Source: Leucoraja ocellata
Lineage: Eukaryota
Assembly: GCA_036785375.1 (NCBI GenBank)
Contig: JAWMAR010000400.1
Span: 372,001 to 436,000 of the forward strand
Direction of reading: 5' to 3'
DNA length: 64,000 bases
This document shows positions 62,301 to 64,000 of the stretch, piece after piece. Positions within the stretch are counted from its first letter, which is position 1. Every line of letters begins with the position of its first letter. A program made the translations under genes and the position numbers. The notes under the pieces were generated by a model, which was not told the DNA's origin, made no database searches, and saw nothing but the letters and a program-made list of their open reading frames with translations.

Positions 62301-63771
62301 TTTGAACTGGCCTTTACTTGCCTCCACTCGTCCCTCCACCCCCCTGCCCCATCTCTAGCTTTCAGTCTGATGAAGGGTTCCAACCCAAAACGTCACCTAT
62401 TCCTTATCTCCAGAGATACTGCCTGACTCTTGAGTTACTCCAGCATTTTGTGTTTATCTTCAGTACAAACCAGCATCTGCAGTTCCTACCTACTAACATT
62501 TCTAGCCTCAGGATCATCAGCAGCAAAAATCACTGTTTGCTCCTCTCTGCAGAATGGGACGGGTCACTGATGCTCTGCCTTGAGAAGAGGTTTCATTTCG
62601 AGACATAGCAGGGGGATGCCTCTGAATGAACCTCCAGTCCTGAGTTTGCCATTGATTGCATTGGTGGGTAGATTTAAGTTGTGCTGAAGAACCCTTGAGT
62701 TTGATGCAAATAAATAGAAATAAATCCAGGAATTTCAAAGAAATGTCCATAAAATAGCAGAAATTAGGCCATTCAATAAGATCATTGTTAATCTTTTACC
62801 TCAACATTACCTTCCTGTAATCACCCAAATATCCTTCAAGTATCAGGAGTGAATTTGATGCTATCTATCACCAGGCAGCACTGTCCTTGCAATCTAGTTA
62901 CATTTCTATGACTCGTGCTTCATTCCTAGGAGCTTGCACCTCACTAGACCCCCTGAGCAGTGCCCTCAGTCATCGATCTTGGAAGACAAGGGTTGTCCTT
63001 AACTTTCATGGTGACTGTCGTGTGTGTCCATTCTGAACCATCCTGCCCATTGTCCCTACAGTGACAGCCAGAGCACAACTGGAAACTAGATCAAATCTTG
63101 TTCCTCCATCTGCCTGACAGAATATTGCAGCGATCAGATTCACATCCAATCCATCTGGGCATTTATCAGATTCCTAAATTGTTTTCCATGAATCTACAGT
63201 GTGTCCATGTCACAGATTGCCCACAATGATATTTGAGTAAAATCTCGAGGACTCCCTTGCATTCACTTATTGTATCCCCAGTATCCCCCACATTCACTCC
63301 CCAATCCCCTGGTGTCCCCTATATTCACTTCCTGTATCCCAGTATTCCCTCATTCACCCCCTGTACCTTGGTATTCCCCATGATCATTCCCTGTCTCCTA
63401 GTATTCCCCATGATCACTCCCTGTCTCCTAGTATTCCCCATGTTCACTTCATGTACCCCAGTATTCCCCACATTCTCCCCCAGTACCCCAGTATTCCCCA
63501 CATTCACTCCCTATATCTCAGCATTCCCCAGAATGCTCCCTATTCGCTGGTGCTCCAAACATTTGAATTTGAGATTGAATTATTTCCTCAGAGTTACCTC
63601 CTGAAGCCCCAGTACTAGCTGCCATCTTCAGATAGGCTACTATAACATACATGACAAACTGCTTAATGCAAAGCATTCACACCTTACCTCGTCCAAACTG
63701 GTCACAGAGTAGGCATGGCCTTTGACCAGGCCGCTGGTTGTCCGTGTCTCAAACTGCAGGGGTACGTATGA
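14323..63771 (-). CDS. CAPN3: Calpain-3 (p94) orthologue, 5'-partial multi-exon gene (human-equivalent exons 7-14 and 16-24)
   Basis: 17 exons with GT-AG ends join in one frame (1479 nt). CAPN3-diagnostic peptides: [21 protein letters not shown]2 motif [10 protein letters not shown]-terminus [17 protein letters not shown]. Exon sizes 84,86,78,161,170,12,209,37,93,78,58,62,69,79,117,59,27 match the human CAPN3 pattern as I recall it, except exons 16 and 19. Exons 1-6 lie beyond the window end. Confidence 0.95.
15304..15433 (-). mobile_element. Single-arm Penelope-derived element with 14-bp TSD
   Basis: TSD GCCTTCACTACTGA at 15290-15303 and 15434-15447; begins at CTGAAGA on the minus strand. 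Confidence 0.8.
15721..15779 (-). CDS. CAPN3: CAPN3 exon 23 ([20 protein letters not shown])
   Basis: 59 nt; cag|GAG...GAG|gtaggt. Confidence 0.95.
16930..17690 (-). mobile_element. CR1 LINE 3' fragment, second subfamily (a separate short CR1 tail lies at about 16698-16872)
   Basis: ORF 17021-17710 with [15 protein letters not shown]; (TTATATGG)n tail. Confidence 0.9.
18990..19106 (-). CDS. CAPN3: CAPN3 exon 22 ([39 protein letters not shown])
   Basis: 117 nt; cag|GCT...A|gtaagt. Confidence 0.95.
20284..21023. mobile_element. PIF/Harbinger-type MITE
   Basis: TIRs TGGACCTGTCCCACTTA and TAAGTGCAACAGGCCCA; TAA TSD. Confidence 0.8.
21289..21367 (-). CDS. CAPN3: CAPN3 exon 21, EF-hand ([26 protein letters not shown])
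   Basis: 79 nt; cag|ACA...CAG|gtgagt. Confidence 0.95.
22614..22682 (-). CDS. CAPN3: CAPN3 exon 20, EF-hand ([23 protein letters not shown])
   Basis: 69 nt; cag|ACA...CAG|gtacgt. Confidence 0.95.
23991..24695 (+). mobile_element. CR1 LINE 3' fragment with stop codons, inside the U12 intron
   Basis: [13 protein letters not shown]-coding sequence; (CTATTGT)n tail. Confidence 0.9.
25673..26543 (-). mobile_element. GC/CpG-rich non-autonomous retroposon
   Basis: 5' end TTCCGGTAGGCGGCG; 3' ATTAAA plus (GAATCTT)n tail; no recognisable protein. Confidence 0.7.
26941..27002 (-). CDS. CAPN3: CAPN3 exon 19 ([21 protein letters not shown])
   Basis: 62 nt; cag|ACA...GAT|gtatcctt (U12-type donor). Confidence 0.93.
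27395..27968 (-). mobile_element. Penelope-derived inverted-repeat element
   Basis: Same family; arms at about 27395-27570 and 27830-27968. Confidence 0.7.
28143..28378. mobile_element. PIF/Harbinger-type palindromic MITE
   Basis: TGCCCCTGTCCCACTTAGG...CCTAAGTGGGACAGTGGCA; inverted arms of about 90 bp; TAA TSD. Confidence 0.88.
29101..29535. mobile_element. PIF/Harbinger-type MITE inserted in a CR1 tail
   Basis: AGGGGCTGTCCCACTTGG...CCAAGTGGGACAGGCCCT; TTA TSD; internal repeats of about 10 bp (GACCTCCTTC, GACTACCCTC). Confidence 0.85.
30771..30828 (-). CDS. CAPN3: CAPN3 exon 18, PEF domain ([19 protein letters not shown])
   Basis: 58 nt; cag|GAC...AAC|gtaagt. Confidence 0.93.
30874..31526. 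repeat. Direct duplication of about 150 bp (30874-31026 and 31382-31526)
   Basis: TTGATCTAACA.GTAACTAAAGG...GACAGAATATTGCAGGAGTCCATCCA present twice with a few differences. Confidence 0.88.
32378..32455 (-). CDS. CAPN3: CAPN3 exon 17 ([26 protein letters not shown])
   Basis: 78 nt; cag|CCC...GAC|gtaagt. Confidence 0.92.
32559..33214 (+). mobile_element. CR1 LINE 3' fragment
   Basis: ORF 32529-33086 is CR1 RT C-terminus; CTATTGT tail. Confidence 0.9.
33908..34494 (-). mobile_element. CR1 LINE 3' fragment, nearly identical to 11541-12120
   Basis: ORF 34006-34620; (TTTCTATG)n tail. Confidence 0.9.
34610..35755 (+). mobile_element. Degraded Penelope-like fragment with a nested minus-strand retroposon tail (about 35090-35300)
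   Basis: GATAGAGTCCCCCTGG..CACCCCACCAGCCTC Penelope-type sequence and a pLTR-like end at about 35630-35755. Confidence 0.6.
36178..36270 (-). CDS. CAPN3: CAPN3 exon 16, IS2 insertion ([31 protein letters not shown])
   Basis: tag|CCA ATC ATC TTT GTT TCT GAT AGA GCT matches the IS2 motif PIIFVSDRA; 93 nt; the donor AAG|gtttct is weak, so the 3' boundary is less sure. Confidence 0.82.
36790..37005 (-). mobile_element. Penelope-derived hairpin element
   Basis: Inverted arms; CTGAACA-AGGGTCTCGACCT-GAAACGTC at 36912-36939. Confidence 0.75.
40220..40950 (+). mobile_element. Degraded nested CR1 3' fragments
   Basis: ACTAGAGG.CATAGGTTTAAG and TTTTTCACCCAGAG CR1 motifs occur twice; ends approximate. 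Confidence 0.7.
41320..41887 (-). mobile_element. Penelope-derived inverted-repeat element
   Basis: Inverted pLTR-like arms; degenerate TSD CCAGTTAGA(G/A)AGAA at about 41303 and 41888. Confidence 0.7.
43162..43198 (-). CDS. CAPN3: CAPN3 exon 14 ([12 protein letters not shown])
   Basis: 37 nt; cag|GGA...AAG|gttagt; size and phase fit. Confidence 0.85.
44229..44437 (-). CDS. CAPN3: CAPN3 exon 13 ([15 protein letters not shown]...[13 protein letters not shown]...[11 protein letters not shown])
   Basis: 209 nt; cag|ATG...GA|gtgagt. Confidence 0.95.
44730..44927 (-). mobile_element. Penelope-derived hairpin element
   Basis: Inverted arms; minus-strand CTGAAGA-AGGGTCTCGACCA-GAAACGTC at 44806-44833. 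Confidence 0.75.
44990..46470 (+). mobile_element. Cluster of degraded CR1 fragments with an intervening minus-strand retroposon tail (about 45570-45860)
   Basis: [15 protein letters not shown]-like and [12 protein letters not shown]-like remnants; ends approximate. Confidence 0.65.
46776..46787 (-). CDS. CAPN3: CAPN3 exon 12, 12-nt microexon (VPKE)
   Basis: Long pyrimidine tract then aag|GTG CCA AAG GAG|gtaaat; same peptide and size as human exon 12. Confidence 0.88.
47729..47932 (+). repeat. 5' LTR
   Basis: TGTAGA...TTTACA, contains AATAAA. Confidence 0.95.
48027..52136 (+). CDS. Gypsy gag-pol polyprotein (1369 aa from the first ATG)
   Basis: Two CX2CX4HX4C knuckles, protease LDTGA, RT ([17 protein letters not shown]), RNase H (CDAS, TDHQPL), integrase (H..H..C..C, LVDSYS, SDNG, SNGLAER), Pro-rich tail ending [11 protein letters not shown]. 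Confidence 0.95.
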   Translation: MANSCRKPDPLVFDGDIAHRWDVFRRDFQHYVTIAHPAATAETRASLLLNLAGPDALERSESFVYAAGESALDPVCLIAKFTALCDVPTNSILERFKMFGRRQSADESVTNYIAALRHLARRCRLDALTPEQLTRDILVYGLRDTKLRAELLRMPELSLDAALHAALMAEAVASTLPPEDTHVDLASATGRPRNVAPRRQQGPPPPKSGVARRCPNCNFATHQFNVCPALGKTCNFCRKLNHFSAACRARGNPAPPFRRVPVNLAQADSTGSEHLPDDLTLSDISSSEGEANVFSLLDSHALVANPSVRVTVNGTTFSAKLDTGAFTNVMSTSLFRKIRSGEKVSAAHSRLHAYGGAVLVPVGKTTLHCKVLEASRPLTFYLLDSDNVTLLGARACQDLGLVSFHHDIHQVQTLMDPLREYPDRFDDRLGKLPSCYKIAVDSSIEPVVRPPHRVSFAMKDKVKSALLNMVSKGILKEVSEPTRWVSTMVVAAKKDKSEIRICINPKDLNLAIKRPHYPMRTVEDVAAQVGPATVFSVLDAKSSFWQIPLDERSSYLTTFSTPFGRFRFLRMPFGINSASEVFQRTMEQLFAGLPCAIIVDDILVYGKDVAEHDLNLRKVLDRARDINLKLNPKKCRFRVKEVTYVGHVFTASGLKPDPEKTAAVSGMSPPTDVPALQRFLGMVNYLGKFIPDLSKLSAPLRELIKKDTAWAWFPQHQRAFDVLKSRLVSTPTLNFFDLQHPIVLTCDASKFGLGAACMQLHDGQQLPVSYASRTMTPAEQRYAQIEKELLAVVFACSRFKDYILGNTFTIETDHQPLVTILNKPIHAASSRLQRMMLQLQRFTFTIVYRKGKDMFVADTLSRAPLPSSARHPYESSDLMVLNVNVVPSKQMQSLISHTAKDPALQLLSDIIIQGWPERRSSLPASVVPYFLVRDELVLHDGVVVKGHKVVVPESLRVAYFQSAHNGHPGAEATLSSAQGQFYWPSMANDIREWVSACPSCNSLAPHQQRQPLLQQPAPDLPWTAVATDIFEWRGKHFLVLVDSYSNWFEVDQLHSLSSSAVIGRLRRHFATFGSPARLQSDNGSQFTSAEFQRFASQWNFKHFTSSPEYPQSNGLAERAVRSAKGLLEHCRLSKSDFHLALLNLRNISRDPALGSPAQRLLSRRTRPPLPVAQQALAPSVLPPAMVQERITAKHDSQKRSHDQSCRPLPPLFPGQIVRMQTTSGHYKLATVVGDTGSPRSYLVDHDGVIYRRSRQHLLLVNEPPPPPAAPFSPPLPESAPAAPRMPRSLPSPLVTPPSPPPSPRSPSTPPAVGSPPAPVFSPAGSPPVSPVRSPAPAPAALVPAGGGGGEHRTRSGRLVKPPVRYGDFV
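52222..52425 (+). repeat. 3' LTR
   Basis: 203/204 identical to the 5' LTR by eye. Confidence 0.95.
53829..54040 (-). mobile_element. Short Penelope-derived hairpin retroelement with 13-bp TSD and hammerhead-like core
   Basis: TSD GTCATCTCATGTG at 53816-53828 and 54041-54053; CTGAAGA..GAAACATC at 53944-53971 (+). Confidence 0.8.
54314..54483 (-). CDS. CAPN3: CAPN3 exon 11, CBSW domain ([22 protein letters not shown]...IGFAIYE)
   Basis: 170 nt; cag|ACA...GAG|gtaact; acidic loop. Confidence 0.95.
54524..54702 (+). mobile_element. Short Penelope-derived hairpin retroelement with 18-bp TSD
   Basis: TSD AAACGATTTGTCACTGGT at 54506-54523 and 54703-54720; inverted arms of about 70 bp centred on TTCGGGCCGAA. 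Confidence 0.85.
55637..55797 (-). CDS. CAPN3: CAPN3 exon 10 ([21 protein letters not shown]...[11 protein letters not shown])
   Basis: 161 nt; cag|GAT...CAG|gtgggt; AGGCRNY motif. Confidence 0.95.
55935..56495 (-). mobile_element. Rex1/Babar-like LINE 3' fragment
   Basis: [18 protein letters not shown]...[11 protein letters not shown]...[13 protein letters not shown]; AATAAA and TCAATG-repeat tail. Confidence 0.8.
57468..57545 (-). CDS. CAPN3: CAPN3 exon 9 ([26 protein letters not shown])
   Basis: 78 nt; cag|GGC...TG|gtgagg; DGEFW motif. Confidence 0.93.
60857..60942 (-). CDS. CAPN3: CAPN3 exon 8, catalytic Asn ([28 protein letters not shown])
   Basis: 86 nt; cag|GTC...AA|gtacat; RNPWG motif; absent from the ORF track, translated by hand. 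Confidence 0.95.
63260..63530. repeat. Minisatellite, 30-bp unit, about 9 copies
   Basis: GTATTCCCC recurs every 30 bp (63341, 63371, 63401, 63431, 63461, 63491). Confidence 0.9.
63688..63771 (-). CDS. CAPN3: CAPN3 exon 7, protease core, catalytic His ([28 protein letters not shown])
   Basis: 84 nt; cag|TCA...GAG|gtaagg; GHAYS motif. Confidence 0.95.
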
Positions 63772-64000
63772 CTGCCAAGAGAGAAATGAGTTAGTGTGCC
63801 GACAGTGGTGGGATAAGACAGTTGCCAATAGATGCAACAACAGGTGAGCCAAATCACTTTCCTGAGATGTGACTTTGCTAGTTTTGTTCCCTAGCGTTGC
63901 CCTGGAAAATACCAATGATCTGCCCATCCATCTAGAAACTGATACCGAGTTGACCGTCCCACCCTACAAATGGCCTGTGGGGATTTTCAATCCAGTTACA

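Noticed and set aside
63233-63604. 123-aa repetitive ORF
   Set aside because: Translation of the 30-bp minisatellite.

Overview
Vertebrate genomic DNA. The repeat content (CR1 tails, V-SINEs, Penelope-derived hairpin repeats) suggests a cartilaginous fish, probably a skate or ray; this is inference. Positions 14323-63771 on the minus strand carry the 3' part of a calpain-3 (CAPN3) orthologue. I traced 17 coding exons by hand, equivalent to human exons 7-14 and 16-24, all GT-AG, giving 1479 nt in one frame (492 aa plus stop). They include a 12-nt microexon, a shortened IS2 exon and a U12-type intron. No canonical exon 15 was found, but an atypical candidate lies near 41.26 kb. The introns hold an intact, very young Mag-like Gypsy LTR retrotransposon (47729-52425), many CR1 3' fragments, Penelope fragments, short Penelope-derived hairpin elements with hammerhead-ribozyme-like cores and 13-18 bp TSDs, three Harbinger-type MITEs, SINEs and a 30-bp minisatellite. 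The 14 kb downstream of CAPN3 is mostly repeats, with an unclassified TIR element and a few unidentified exon-like segments.
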